DNA from: a bacterium
Lineage (GTDB): Bacteria > Patescibacteriota > UBA1384 > VFKW01
Assembly: GCA_030647355.1 (NCBI GenBank)
Contig: JAUSIS010000013.1
Location: forward strand, 177,165 to 241,164
Length of the DNA stretch: 64,000 bases
Direction: 5' to 3'
Numbering within the stretch: position 1 is the stretch's first letter; the number at the start of each line of letters is the position of its first letter. Below are positions 30,844 to 42,458 of the stretch, in pieces. Below the pieces are notes generated by a model. The model saw nothing but the letters and a program-made list of their open reading frames with translations. It was not told where the DNA came from and ran no database searches. A program made the translations under genes and the position numbers.

Positions 30844-31428
30844 ATGGAAATCCAGCGCCAAGAAGCAAAACCAAATTTTCAAGAGCTAAGTCCTGAAATT
30901 GAGACAAAATTAGGATTAAAGCTAGATCACCAGGATAATCGCCGTAAGATCTACATCATAACTGATCCAGAAAAATTTTTACTAGAAAGTGGGGATTTTG
31001 CAGGAATAGGATTTTCTTACTCCAAAATAAAAAAACTATTTGAAAAATATCCTAACGGATTAAAGCAAATGTTCATCATCGAGCCTTCCAACCAAGAGAT
31101 GCAATTAGGCGGACACTATCACACTCCACTCAAATCAGAAGGCACTGGCCAGGAAATCTTTTTATTTATTGACGTGCCAACCGAAACAACAATCAAAGCC
31201 GAGCAATATCAGCTTGACCAATCCAAAGGTTTAATAAGTTATCGCGTAAAAAGTGGCGATGAGATTACTAATGGCCCTTATCAACACCATACTTTCACTT
31301 GCAACGGGCCATTCACCATGATGCAATTAACGGAAGCCAAAACGTTCAAAGATGACGACCTACATCAGTTCTCTGCAGACGATTGGTCGCAAGAAACAGG
31401 GCGCCTAATACCTAAAACAGAAAAATAA
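30844..31428 (+). CDS. Hypothetical protein, possible cupin fold
   Basis: GGHYH...E and PYQHHTF resemble sugar-isomerase cupin motifs. Confidence 0.6.
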   Translation: MEIQRQEAKPNFQELSPEIETKLGLKLDHQDNRRKIYIITDPEKFLLESGDFAGIGFSYSKIKKLFEKYPNGLKQMFIIEPSNQEMQLGGHYHTPLKSEGTGQEIFLFIDVPTETTIKAEQYQLDQSKGLISYRVKSGDEITNGPYQHHTFTCNGPFTMMQLTEAKTFKDDDLHQFSADDWSQETGRLIPKTEK

Positions 31429-31603
31429 GAATTTTTTATAGTCAGTAAAACGCAACCATTTGAAAATAATTATATCCTCTACTATTATCCAGAAGTTAAA
31501 ATACTCAGGGATAATATAAAAATAAGTATGAAAATACTCACAGCGGAAATCACTGGTCAAATTGAATAATTTATTATATATTGTTAATAATTGGAAGGTA
31601 GAA

Positions 31604-32440
31604 ATGAATAACGAAGAGCAAGAACATTTTTCAGATATACAGTTACAAGAAGATCCTGAAAAAAAAGACAATAATACCAAAGATAAGACACGGTTTTTCT
31701 CGCGACTTGCGGTTGAGGTCATGGGGTCATTAAGGCTCCATAAAAAAGAGGGGCTTTGGGACAGAAATGAAAAAAACCAAAGAGATTGGGGCAACGTCTC
31801 GGAGCATTGCCTAGTAGAAGTTGCTCGAACAAAAATACTATCTAGAGATCTGGGGCTAAGCGAAGACGAAACCAAAAAACTTACAATAGCCGCAGGTCTA
31901 CATGATTTTTTTAAAAAAGGTGAGAAATCATTTATGGGACAGAGCGGTTTGACCTGGGAGAGTACAGAACTATCCGAAGAAGAATCAAGAAGAATTATGA
32001 GAGAAAATGGATTTAGCGAGGAAATAATTGAACTTGCTCATTCAGTAGGTCATGGCTCATTGTCTAAAGTGGAAGAAATATTAAACAGACAAGATCTGAC
32101 TGAACATGAAATTGCTTTTTTAATAATGCATTATGTTGATGATTATACAATCGATAGTGAGTGGTGTAAGCCAGCTTATGATGAAAAAAACGATTTAGAT
32201 CGAAGGATAGAGAAAAATGAAACCAATCCTCGCTATCAAGTACTAAATCAAGACGGGGTTGGAAGATTTATGGAAAATGAAACAACTTTTCAAGCACAAC
32301 ACAGAATCGGAAAATTAGTGGAGTCAAGAATTGCTCAACTGATAGCAGATCGTTTACATGAGGAAATTAGGCCAACCGCCCTACCAACCCGTATTGATGA
32401 AGAAATTAAAAAAGAAATTGACAAAACCGAGCAAGGTTAA
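31604..32440 (+). CDS. HD-domain protein
   Basis: EHCL...LHDFFK...H...YVDD; start placed at ATG 31604. Confidence 0.8.
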   Translation: MNNEEQEHFSDIQLQEDPEKKDNNTKDKTRFFSRLAVEVMGSLRLHKKEGLWDRNEKNQRDWGNVSEHCLVEVARTKILSRDLGLSEDETKKLTIAAGLHDFFKKGEKSFMGQSGLTWESTELSEEESRRIMRENGFSEEIIELAHSVGHGSLSKVEEILNRQDLTEHEIAFLIMHYVDDYTIDSEWCKPAYDEKNDLDRRIEKNETNPRYQVLNQDGVGRFMENETTFQAQHRIGKLVESRIAQLIADRLHEEIRPTALPTRIDEEIKKEIDKTEQG

Positions 32441-32501
32441 AAATTTATCAGTCTGATTTGTCACAATTTAAAGATATGTATAATAAAAAATTTGGAGATG
32501 T

Positions 32502-33566
32502 ATGAAAAAAGCATTAATCACAGGTATTACCGGTCAAGACGGCTCTTACTTAGCGGAACTACTGCTGGAAAAAGGATATGAAGTCCACGGTATAATACGA
32601 CGCTCATCAACTTTTAACACCTCAAGAATCGACCATCTCTATGCTGACCCTCACATCAATGGCGTAAAACTTTTCCTTCACTATGGCGACCTGTCAGATG
32701 CCAGCAATATCAGCCGATTACTTGCAAAAATAAAACCAGCAGAAATCTACCATCTTGGTTCCCAGAGCCACGTTCGCGTAAGTTTTGACATTCCGGAATA
32801 CACTGCCGACGTTTCAGGCATTGGCACCCTGCGTATCCTTGATGCCATTCGGGAAGCGGACATCAATACTAAATTTTATCAAGCCTCCTCTAGTGAAATG
32901 TTTGGCAAAGTCCAAGAGACTCCACAGAGAGAGACCACTCCATTCTACCCTCGTTCCCCTTATGGGTGTGCGAAGGTGTTTGCCTATTGGATTACCGTCA
33001 ACTATCGTGAAAGCTACAATCTTTTCGCCTGCAACGGAATACTATTCAATCATGAATCTCCCCGCCGCGGTGAAACCTTTGTGACTCGAAAAATAACTCG
33101 AGGACTAGCCCGCATTAAATTGGGTATTGATGAGAAGTTATATTTAGGTAACCTTGATGCTAAGCGCGACTGGGGTTATGCCAAAGACTACGTAGAAGCC
33201 ATGTGGCTAATGCTTCAGCAAGATCAACCGGACGATTATGTTGTCGCGACTAATGAAACTCATAGCGTCAGAGAGTTTGTAGAAGAAAGTTCCAAATATC
33301 TAAATTTTGAACTAGAATGGCAAGGCAAAGGAATAAATGAAATCGGCATTGATAAAACAACTGGCAAAACAATTATCAAAATCGATCCCAAATATTTTAG
33401 GCCATCAGAAGTAGATCTATTAATTGGTGATTATAGTAAAGCCAAAAAACATCTTAAATGGCAACCCAAAGTCACATTTAAAGAACTATCCAAAATAATG
33501 GCGGAAGCCGATCTAAAAAATGAAAGAAAAAACCATTTAACTAAAACTCGGGAGGCAGTTGCATGA
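32502..33566 (+). CDS. gmd: GDP-mannose 4,6-dehydratase
   Basis: [45 protein letters not shown]. Confidence 0.97.
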   Translation: MKKALITGITGQDGSYLAELLLEKGYEVHGIIRRSSTFNTSRIDHLYADPHINGVKLFLHYGDLSDASNISRLLAKIKPAEIYHLGSQSHVRVSFDIPEYTADVSGIGTLRILDAIREADINTKFYQASSSEMFGKVQETPQRETTPFYPRSPYGCAKVFAYWITVNYRESYNLFACNGILFNHESPRRGETFVTRKITRGLARIKLGIDEKLYLGNLDAKRDWGYAKDYVEAMWLMLQQDQPDDYVVATNETHSVREFVEESSKYLNFELEWQGKGINEIGIDKTTGKTIIKIDPKYFRPSEVDLLIGDYSKAKKHLKWQPKVTFKELSKIMAEADLKNERKNHLTKTREAVA

Positions 33567-34498
33567 AAAAAAACTCAAAAATTTTTGTCGCCGGACATCA
33601 GGGTCTAGTAGGTTCGAATATCACCAAAAAGCTTCAGCAGCAAGGTTATACAAATTTAATATTAAAAACATTTTCCGAGCTAAACTTAATGGACTTTGAG
33701 GCGACCAAAAAGTTCTTCGAAACAGAAAAACCGGAATATACTTTTCTGGCCGCTGCAAAAGTCGGCGGGATCTTAGCCAACAAAGATTTCGGTGGAGACT
33801 TTATCTACAACAATTTATCAATTGAGATTAATGTTATTAAAAGTGCGCAACTAGCGAAAGTCACGAAGCTACTTTTCCTCGGAAGCAGCTGTATTTACCC
33901 AAGAGATTGCCCCCAACCAATTAAGGAAGAATATTTGATGACAGGCCCATTAGAAGAAACCAACAAACCCTATGCTGTAGCCAAAATAGCGGGCATTGTG
34001 ATGTGCCAAGCATTCAATAAGCAGTATGGTACCAATTTTATATCTGTAATGCCAACAAATCTTTACGGTCCTGATGATAATTTTGACTTAAAAAACTCCC
34101 ACGTTCTCCCAGCTTTAATCAGAAAAATGCATGAGGCAAAAGAAAGCAATTCGCCAACGGTAGAAATCTGGGGCACAGGCACACCAAAAAGAGAATTCCT
34201 CTTTGTCGAAGACCTTGCCGATGCTTGCGTTTATCTTATGAATAATTATGATGATCCTAGCATAATCAATATTGGGGTCGGCCAAGACCTTACCATTAAA
34301 GAATTAGCCCAAACAATTAAGGAAATTGTCGGTTTTAAGGGTCAGTTGGAATTCGACACATCAAAACCGGACGGCACGCCCAGAAAACTTTTGGATGTAT
34401 CAAAACTTAACTCAACTGGTTGGAAAGCGAAAACAGATCTAAAAGACGGGATCCAATTTTCTTACACCTGGTTCGTTGAACACTGGAAAGATAAATAA
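33563..34498 (+). CDS. fcl: GDP-L-fucose synthase
   Basis: [45 protein letters not shown]. Confidence 0.95.
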   Translation: MKKNSKIFVAGHQGLVGSNITKKLQQQGYTNLILKTFSELNLMDFEATKKFFETEKPEYTFLAAAKVGGILANKDFGGDFIYNNLSIEINVIKSAQLAKVTKLLFLGSSCIYPRDCPQPIKEEYLMTGPLEETNKPYAVAKIAGIVMCQAFNKQYGTNFISVMPTNLYGPDDNFDLKNSHVLPALIRKMHEAKESNSPTVEIWGTGTPKREFLFVEDLADACVYLMNNYDDPSIINIGVGQDLTIKELAQTIKEIVGFKGQLEFDTSKPDGTPRKLLDVSKLNSTGWKAKTDLKDGIQFSYTWFVEHWKDK

Positions 34499-34529
34499 AA
34501 TTGAAGTAAAACCCTTTGAAAGAGATTTA

Positions 34530-35573
34530 ATGCCTGAGCCACACAATAACATATTAAAAAAAGTAAAAATAGGATTACTATCCGAATTTCCGGCACCTAT
34601 AATTTATGGTGGGCTTGAAATGCAATGCGTTAGAACTTTTGGTGCACTACAACAAACAGGACTGGATGTATCTTTGGTAGATTACTATGTGCCTGAACAG
34701 AAAATTGATATTTTGCACATTTTTGGCAACCCCCCCAGTATGTATGAGATATGCGTATCTGCCTCCAAGACTAAAAAAATTGTTATCAGCACTGTGTTTG
34801 GCGGTGCTCAAATTTCTCGCCCTCTATCTTTTGGAATTAAAACTTTATCCAGCATGCTTGAGCTGGCAGGCCAAAAGATTGACCATACTAGAGTACGAGT
34901 TATGCTTGAGCTTGCAAGTCACATTATCAGTTTAAATGAGATAGAAAGAGATTTTATCATTGAACGGTATAATATTGATCCTAGGAAAATAACTATCATC
35001 GCCAACGGCATTGATGATTTTTACTTTAATGTCTCAGCTGAGCCGTTCATTAAGAAATATCAGATCCGGGACTACGTTCTTTTTACTGGAAATATCAATC
35101 CCAGAAAAAACCCGCTGAGGCTTGCACTGGCACTAAACAAGCTGAACGCTAAGGGGGTATTTATCGGCAAGACAGTCGCGACAGAACTGGCCTACGCCCA
35201 AGAGTTCGAGAAAGTGATTAACAGTTCTCTGAATTTATTATGGATTCAAGGGCTGTCAAACAAAGACCCTTTGCTGCCAAGCGCCTACAAAGCATCGGCG
35301 GTGTTTTGTTTGCCAAGTTTTGCTGAGGGACAGAGTTGCTCTGTCCTAGAGGCGATGGCATCCGCGAAGCCGGCCATTATGGCAGATAGGCCCTATGCGT
35401 ATCAAGACGGATTTGAACATTCATTGAAATGTGATCCTAGTAGTGTCGATAGTATCTCTGAAGCAATTAAAGAGGTTCTTAAGCATTCAGAAAAATACAG
35501 CTACCAACTGCCGGATAACTATAATTGGCATAATGTCGCCAACGCAATAATAGAGGTATATAAAAAATTATAA
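34530..35573 (+). CDS. Glycosyltransferase family 4
   Basis: YGGLE, PRKN, PSFAEGQSCSVLEAMA; start uncertain. Confidence 0.9.
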   Translation: MPEPHNNILKKVKIGLLSEFPAPIIYGGLEMQCVRTFGALQQTGLDVSLVDYYVPEQKIDILHIFGNPPSMYEICVSASKTKKIVISTVFGGAQISRPLSFGIKTLSSMLELAGQKIDHTRVRVMLELASHIISLNEIERDFIIERYNIDPRKITIIANGIDDFYFNVSAEPFIKKYQIRDYVLFTGNINPRKNPLRLALALNKLNAKGVFIGKTVATELAYAQEFEKVINSSLNLLWIQGLSNKDPLLPSAYKASAVFCLPSFAEGQSCSVLEAMASAKPAIMADRPYAYQDGFEHSLKCDPSSVDSISEAIKEVLKHSEKYSYQLPDNYNWHNVANAIIEVYKKL

Positions 35574-35624
35574 GAGTATGTATTAAGTTTAATCTAAATT
35601 ATTTAGTATTAAGGAGACCTCCGT

Positions 35625-36620
35625 ATGATAAAAACAGCCACAACATCAGATAAAAAATCTACTACAGTAATCTGCCCTGTATGCAAAAATAATACAAAGA
35701 AAGTCAGAACACTTGATCAAAAATTTATCTTAAAAGGACTTCAATATTATTATAATGAGTATTTCGATAACAAGATGACTAAAAATTTAAATATTCATGA
35801 CTATTCAATATATAGATGCAATTACTGTACGCTTGAATTTTCCTTGCCTCCAATAACGGGCAATAATGACTTTTATGAATGGGTAACAAGTCACCCAAAT
35901 TATTTTCATTCTAATCGATGGGAATGGCCAACTATTGTAGCCAATCTTGTAAAACAATCAAAGAAAAGAAAAATTAGAGTTCTTGAAGTTGGTTGTGGAT
36001 CAGGTATTTTTCTAAACATGATTAACGGCTTAAGAAATACTGATGTTATTGGCATTGATTCGACTCCTTCAGCAGTGGAAGAATGTCATAAAAAAGGATT
36101 AATGGTTTATCTCGAAACACTAGAATCTTTTTTATCTAAACCAAAACACAAAAACCAACGGTTTGATTATGTAATAGCCTTTCATACTTTGGAGCACATT
36201 GAACGGCCAAAAGAATGGGTTAGTATTATGACTCGCATCTTAAAGCCCAAAGGTACAATTATTCTAAGTACACCTTATTCGCCATTGAGTTTTGAAACCA
36301 AATGGTACGATCCCTTAAATTATCCCCCACACCATATGACACGTTGGAACCAAAGGGCCTATCACGAACTAGCTTCCCAACTCGGCCTAAAAGCGAATAT
36401 TGTGACTTCGCCTTCATCTTCTCTAATAGTCCGTACGCTAATAAGCCTCAATTTGAGTTGGAATAGTGCATCTGAGCCTATGTCTGTGCGGAAGACTTTT
36501 TTACAAGCTATTGTGCATCCGATTACCGTTGTTTGGGAAATCCAGAGACAGTTTAAAAGAGAGAAGGTAAATGGTCGACCAGCTGGCGATATAGCCCTTG
36601 TTCAAATCAACAAAAAATAA
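35625..36620 (+). CDS. Class I SAM-dependent methyltransferase with N-terminal CxxC pairs
   Basis: CPVC...CNYC, LEVGCGSG, FHTLEH, LKPKG, PPHH. Confidence 0.9.
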   Translation: MIKTATTSDKKSTTVICPVCKNNTKKVRTLDQKFILKGLQYYYNEYFDNKMTKNLNIHDYSIYRCNYCTLEFSLPPITGNNDFYEWVTSHPNYFHSNRWEWPTIVANLVKQSKKRKIRVLEVGCGSGIFLNMINGLRNTDVIGIDSTPSAVEECHKKGLMVYLETLESFLSKPKHKNQRFDYVIAFHTLEHIERPKEWVSIMTRILKPKGTIILSTPYSPLSFETKWYDPLNYPPHHMTRWNQRAYHELASQLGLKANIVTSPSSSLIVRTLISLNLSWNSASEPMSVRKTFLQAIVHPITVVWEIQRQFKREKVNGRPAGDIALVQINKK

Positions 36621-36768
36621 ATAATCCATGCTGTTATAAAAATTGTTTTTAATCAAAATATGTTGAGGAGATAAACATAAACTTTATAATTAAAATTCTA
36701 ACGATGGGAATAATATTATTTTAATCAAGATTATTAAAGAAATACATTATAAGGTATTCGGTCATAAG

Positions 36769-38001
36769 ATGACAGCTGACATGAGTACTTTTTTGAGGTC
36801 ACTTTCGTGGTCATTATTCGGTACTGCAATAAGTGCTTTTCTTTTTTTTATAATTAATATACTAGCAGGAAGATTGCTGGGTCCTACCGAATACGGTAAG
36901 TATAATTTGGTCGCTACGATCTCAGGTGTTTTGGCAGTTTTTATTACACTTGGATTCGATACAACAGTGATAAAATTTGTCTCTTCTACTAAAAAAGAGG
37001 AAGACAAAAATTTTTTTCTATCGAACGCTCTGATAATAATATCGATTTCATCGATCGTAATATTATTATTGGTGGTTACTCTGTCGAGATTCTTAGCGAT
37101 TAAACTGAATACCGACAAGCTGCTCGTAATAATTGGTGCTCTTTATGCTATTATATTTACTTTTAAAACCTTTTTTGATTCTATTATCCGAGCTTTGCAT
37201 AAATTTAAAATTCAAGCATTCGTGAAATCCATCGAAGCATTGGTCGCGACCATATCATTTTTTGTTTTAATTATTGTTTTAGAACACAAAAGCTATGTCT
37301 TTTATGTGTGTGCTGTTTTTATTGCAGCCATAGTTCTTTTATTAATTTATTTTTATCAGATTAAAGCAAGATTTCGAAGATGGAGCGGTAAGCATTTTCA
37401 ATCTGCTAAACCATATGCGATGACTGTATTGGCCACTTCGTTAGCCACTATAGTGACGGTTACAATTGATAGATTTGCAATCAATATTGCATTAGGACCA
37501 AAAGTTTTAGGTATTTATAGTGCTTATCTTATTTCAACCACAATAATTGCGTCTCAAATATCTGCTGCAATTACAAATGTATTTTTCCCAACTATAAGCA
37601 AATCACCAGACAAAATTGGGTTGATGCGAAAGGTAGACAATTTATTAATATGGATAGGGTTCCCTTTTTTAATTATAATGTCATTATTATCAATTGCTAT
37701 TATATTTCTATTTGGAGTGAATTACCATTTAAATTTAATTTATGTATTTCTTTCTTCGTCTGTGGCCTTTTTACAGTTAGCTGCTGTTTTTTATGTAACC
37801 ATAGCTATGACTTCAGAAAAATTATTTGTTTTATACACAAAATTTGCTTATTTAAAATTAATAATAATATTGGTGGTATATTCAGCTTTGTTTGTGTTAA
37901 AGTTAATAAGCATATCAAGTGTTTTAGAAGTTTTAGCCATTGCTTCCATCTATGATATTTTTGTTACCAGATACATTATAGAAAATAAATCAGGAGATTA
38001 G
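36769..38001 (+). CDS. Oligosaccharide flippase (Wzx-like)
   Basis: Multiple TMs, RLLGPTEYG, IDRF, LGIYS. Confidence 0.85.
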   Translation: MTADMSTFLRSLSWSLFGTAISAFLFFIINILAGRLLGPTEYGKYNLVATISGVLAVFITLGFDTTVIKFVSSTKKEEDKNFFLSNALIIISISSIVILLLVVTLSRFLAIKLNTDKLLVIIGALYAIIFTFKTFFDSIIRALHKFKIQAFVKSIEALVATISFFVLIIVLEHKSYVFYVCAVFIAAIVLLLIYFYQIKARFRRWSGKHFQSAKPYAMTVLATSLATIVTVTIDRFAINIALGPKVLGIYSAYLISTTIIASQISAAITNVFFPTISKSPDKIGLMRKVDNLLIWIGFPFLIIMSLLSIAIIFLFGVNYHLNLIYVFLSSSVAFLQLAAVFYVTIAMTSEKLFVLYTKFAYLKLIIILVVYSALFVLKLISISSVLEVLAIASIYDIFVTRYIIENKSGD

Positions 38002-38003
38002 TT

Positions 38004-38777
38004 ATGCCACAAAAACCTTTTATTACTATCCTAATTCCATCCTGGAACTCTGAATTATTCATCGAAAGAGGAGTACAATCTATTTTAAAAAATAGCTACG
38101 ACAATATTGAAGTCCTTATCATGGATAATAACTCTACCGATCGGGCAAGCAAAATTATTTCAGAATTAAAAGATGATAGAGTTGTCTTCTCCGCACAAAA
38201 AGACAAAAGCATGTATGAAGCATTGAACAGGGGCATTAAAGAGGCCAAAGGTGAGATAATCTGCTGGATTGGATCAGATGACAGATACGACAAAGACGCA
38301 TTAAAAATTATTGCGGATACCTTTAAAGAAAACCCAAGCATTAACTGGCTGGTCGGAGAAGGCAAATTTGTATTTGAAAATGAAAATAATAGAACAATTT
38401 ACCACCAATTGCCGCAAGAAATCACCCCCGGTATTATTATTAACGGAAACCCTTTGATAAGTCCAAGTGTAGCGTTTCGTAAGAACTTTTTTGAAAAAGC
38501 CAACTGCTTTGACGAAAACTATAAATACGCAGCTGATTATGATCTTTGGATAAAATTTGTTCTTATGCAAAATCCTTTCATAATTCGCTCATCATTATCA
38601 TTATTCTCACTTAATGGCGATAATATTAGTTCAAAAAATAAAATCGATATATATAAAGAAACAATCCGAATATTGAATAGTATCAAAACGGAAAAATACT
38701 TTACATCGATTTTCTTGAATAAAATAAGGATGAATCTATTTATTTATTATAATTATATTTGTAGCATGATAAAATGA
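38004..38777 (+). CDS. Glycosyltransferase family 2
   Basis: ILIPSWN, DNNSTD, ALNRG, SDD, ADYDLW. Confidence 0.92.
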   Translation: MPQKPFITILIPSWNSELFIERGVQSILKNSYDNIEVLIMDNNSTDRASKIISELKDDRVVFSAQKDKSMYEALNRGIKEAKGEIICWIGSDDRYDKDALKIIADTFKENPSINWLVGEGKFVFENENNRTIYHQLPQEITPGIIINGNPLISPSVAFRKNFFEKANCFDENYKYAADYDLWIKFVLMQNPFIIRSSLSLFSLNGDNISSKNKIDIYKETIRILNSIKTEKYFTSIFLNKIRMNLFIYYNYICSMIK

Positions 38778-39646
38778 GTAACATGAAACAATACTATGTC
38801 TCAATTATCATCCCTTCATTTAATAAGGGAGATTTAATCCTAGGAACAATAGAGAGTGTTTATGCTAGCGACTTTCAAGGTCAGCTAGAAGTAATTATAA
38901 TAGATGATAATTCAACCGATCCAGAAACAATACATGCTTATCAAGTTATTCGCAAAAAATACCCCATGGTTATTATTAAAGAAAACGAACATAAACATCC
39001 TCATACTATCGGCCCAGGCTCAGCACGTAATCTTGGCCTAAAGATTTGCCACGGGCAATACGTTGTCTTCTTAGATAATGATGATCTGATTACACCTAAT
39101 TTTCTTTCCTCGGCCTTAGATACAATCATTTCAAAGCAGGGAATCAGCTTTGTCTATAGCGACATCATCACTTTCGGTTCACAAACAGGCCTAAGAATAA
39201 CCCCAGAATACTCTCTGGATCGTCTTAAAAAATATAACTACATTCCTGTCACTTCCTTATTCAAAAAACAACCTCTTGTAAATGTGGCCGGGTTTAGAAC
39301 CAATTTATTCTCAATGGAAGACTGGGATTTATTCATTAGACTTGGATTAAAGAGATGTTTCGGCCAAAAAATTCCCAAGGAGAAAGAAGCATATTTACTA
39401 TATCGCATTACTAAAGGTCAGGGCGTAAATCAGTCAGCCTCATCTCCTCGGAAACGCTTTGTAGTTAGAAATCAGATACTCAAAGCCAATAAACTTTATA
39501 CCCCAGTATCTATATTTTGGAATATTGCAGCAATAGTATATGCTTCATTATCAAGCTTCTCCCGAGTATCCGAATCACGCGCTTTCGACCTTATAAATCC
39601 AGCCTCAAAGACGAGAATAAATCAACTACTAAGTAAGGCGAAATAA
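38774..39646 (+). CDS. Glycosyltransferase family 2
   Basis: IIPSFN, DDNSTD, ARNLG, FLDNDD, EDWD. Confidence 0.92.
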   Translation: MSNMKQYYVSIIIPSFNKGDLILGTIESVYASDFQGQLEVIIIDDNSTDPETIHAYQVIRKKYPMVIIKENEHKHPHTIGPGSARNLGLKICHGQYVVFLDNDDLITPNFLSSALDTIISKQGISFVYSDIITFGSQTGLRITPEYSLDRLKKYNYIPVTSLFKKQPLVNVAGFRTNLFSMEDWDLFIRLGLKRCFGQKIPKEKEAYLLYRITKGQGVNQSASSPRKRFVVRNQILKANKLYTPVSIFWNIAAIVYASLSSFSRVSESRAFDLINPASKTRINQLLSKAK

Positions 39647-39657
39647 CATCGGAGATA

Positions 39658-40382
39658 TTATTCTTTAGAAGCATAGGTAGTAAGATGTTCAGGAAAAGAG
39701 GTTTTCGCCCGATAACCACATTCTTTTAATATCACTTCTAATCTCTTTGAAGTTCGGACATTGTTTCTCATGTGGTATGAAGCAATTGCGAAATTGACTG
39801 CATTTTTATCTAACCAATTTTTCAATGAATCAATAACTTCAATTTCTGCTCCCTCGATATCCATTTTTACAAAATCAATTTTCTCAACCCCAATACGCTT
39901 AATCTCTTCATCAAGTTTAACGGTTTTAATAATTATAGGATTAGTATTATTATCACCATAAATACAAGACGAGCCAGCACCTTGGCCATTATAAAAAGTT
40001 AATTCAGTAGACTTATCCCATAGCCCCTTTTTAATAACAATAATATTTTTAAGTTTATTTAATTTAATATTAGCTAACAATTTTATATAGCTCAAAGGAT
40101 CTGGCTTAAATGCTATTACTTTGCCATTTGGCCCAACCACTTTTGCAGTATAAACTGCAAAAGCTCCAATATAAGCACCTGCATCCACAACGTTGTCGCC
40201 AGATTTTAATTTAAATATAAAATAATTATCAATAAAATTTACCCTGAAATCATTTTCATATTTCGAATTATAAAAAAACATCTCACTTTATTTTTTTGGG
40301 CACGGAAAAATAATTTTATTTTTCCTTCTGGAAAATAACTGGCTATTTGTACTAGCATTCGCTGAATTTCCACTTTGACCAT
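39658..40382 (-). pseudogene. FkbM-family methyltransferase, frameshifted near the 5' end
   Basis: VDAGAYIG, KMDIEGAE in ORF 39658-40281; GGAGG+ATG at 40382 is one base out of frame across two 7-nt homopolymers. Confidence 0.7.
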
Positions 40383-40400
40383 TTGCCTCCTAATAAATAC

Positions 40401-42458
40401 TTAACGTAATTTGAATATAACAACACTGTTATCATGGTATATTGAATGTGATAAGTAATCAGCAGCAAAATATTTATATCTGTTCTTATAATCGTTCCGA
40501 TCGAGATATTTTGGGCTACCAATAAATTGAAGTTTTTTAAATCTTTCAAGTGAATATATCAGATAAACCGAACTATTCATATTTGTAATGCTCTTTTCCT
40601 CTATCTTTGTCTCTTTCCTGGAAATCACTTGACCAGATTTATCATAAGTCAGAATTACAATCCTATTCGGCACTCCATCATCTCTTATCATGCTATCATA
40701 TTTCTCAATTGCCTTTAAGCTAAAGACGTTAAATTTCGAATTCATATCAATTATGGGTATATTTACAAAATTTCGTTCACTATAGGTAGCTATCCCTGTG
40801 CTATGCATTTGAGTTGAAACTAGCACTGAATCTTTCGGAGTGTTTTGTTTGATAAAATTAATTGCCGAAACCTCTTTCCTAGAAAACAATATCCCACGAT
40901 TAGCGGATAAATAAATAATTGCAGAAGTACCAAAAAGAATAACAAACAGCATGAGAACAATTAGGGCTTTTCTTACCCATGGCAAACGATACTCAAAAAG
41001 TTCTAAAAACCTACCAATTAAGAGTACAAAAATTATATCAATCCCAAGACCTAAGAAGATCCATGCTCTCTCTGGTAAAAAAGCAAATGTTGAAATTCTT
41101 GGATATATTTCTGCAATGAAATAAAAAAGTAGTGTAAAAAACATTAACGGAAGATATGGTACCCATCCTCCAATTACATTCTTTCTTTTAATACCTAATT
41201 TTTTAGAAGCAAGAAATATTATTCCAAATAAAAATACTGTAAATAAAAAGGCTAAAGCCCCTAAATACGCATACCAAAATAGACCTTTTGTTCCAGGATA
41301 ATTAAAAACTATCCCATCTGGGTTCAGATAATGATTCACATACCACCAGCGCCAATGCAAACCTGAATTTAATATATCCGTAAAAGAAGGAAAGACCGAT
41401 AGTACCATTTTCAACTTAGAAAGAATATTTAGAATAATTAAATATGGGGAAACGACAAGAAAAATAATAATTAGTTTCTTAAAAAAAGTTAATCTATTTT
41501 TATTAAAAATTTCAATCTCATACAAAAGAAGGCCTATTAAACTCGTAAATAAGATTACAAAACCTAATTCATGATAAAGAATACTAACAATACCTAAAAC
41601 AACCGATGACAAAATCATTTTGAGATCATGATTTTTAAGACCAATGATTGAAAAAATAAGCATAGAAATTGAAAATAATAAAATGAAACTCTGCGGAATA
41701 CTGTATTGAATTTGAAACACCAAATAGGGTGCCGAGAGAAATAATAATGAAAATATTAGATAAGTCGACTTGCCCTTCAGAATATATTTAGTAAGCAAGG
41801 CAGCCGGTAGTAAAAATGATGACATGACAACCGTAGGTAATACATATTGTAATATTGAAAAAACTGATATACCGCTTGCATAATGAACAAGCAATATGAA
41901 CGGTGTAAAGATTGGTCGTCTCTCCAGCACTGGCTGAATAATTGTGCCCATTTTAATCGATTGTTCAATAGTTCCAGCAAGAGTATATGTATCATCGCCC
42001 GGGAAAAAGGGGTAAATTAACCATGAAACAAGATTAATTAAAAACGGGAATGCTAAAATCAGGTAAAATATTAAGTTTTCTTTTCTTGTACCAATTCTTT
42101 TTGGAACATGAATATTATCAACTTTTTGAAACTTAATTATAAGAAAAAGTATAACAGTTATTAAGACAAGTGCAAAAATCTGATTAGCTGGGGTGTAAAC
42201 TTTCGAGATGATCGAAATTACTACCTCCACAATTGTTAATATTGCGATGGAAACTGGTAGCACTGCTATCAAATTGAATGGTTTTACAAAATATTTATCG
42301 ATATTTAAAAAAGATGAAACAAGCAGTCCTGGAATTATGAAAATAAAAAACAAGCCAACGATATTCAAAAAAAATCCAAAATGAAAAAACTTAAAAATAG
42401 CCAAGCTTAAAAAATAAAGAAAAATTAGCGCAATAAAAATTTTATTATTTTTAACCAT
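40401..42458 (-). CDS. Large polytopic membrane protein (GT-C-like)
   Basis: Many TMs, early GDD, ERAW, INFIKQNTPKDSV C-terminal soluble domain. Confidence 0.75.
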   Translation of the reverse strand: MVKNNKIFIALIFLYFLSLAIFKFFHFGFFLNIVGLFFIFIIPGLLVSSFLNIDKYFVKPFNLIAVLPVSIAILTIVEVVISIISKVYTPANQIFALVLITVILFLIIKFQKVDNIHVPKRIGTRKENLIFYLILAFPFLINLVSWLIYPFFPGDDTYTLAGTIEQSIKMGTIIQPVLERRPIFTPFILLVHYASGISVFSILQYVLPTVVMSSFLLPAALLTKYILKGKSTYLIFSLLFLSAPYLVFQIQYSIPQSFILLFSISMLIFSIIGLKNHDLKMILSSVVLGIVSILYHELGFVILFTSLIGLLLYEIEIFNKNRLTFFKKLIIIFLVVSPYLIILNILSKLKMVLSVFPSFTDILNSGLHWRWWYVNHYLNPDGIVFNYPGTKGLFWYAYLGALAFLFTVFLFGIIFLASKKLGIKRKNVIGGWVPYLPLMFFTLLFYFIAEIYPRISTFAFLPERAWIFLGLGIDIIFVLLIGRFLELFEYRLPWVRKALIVLMLFVILFGTSAIIYLSANRGILFSRKEVSAINFIKQNTPKDSVLVSTQMHSTGIATYSERNFVNIPIIDMNSKFNVFSLKAIEKYDSMIRDDGVPNRIVILTYDKSGQVISRKETKIEEKSITNMNSSVYLIYSLERFKKLQFIGSPKYLDRNDYKNRYKYFAADYLSHSIYHDNSVVIFKLR

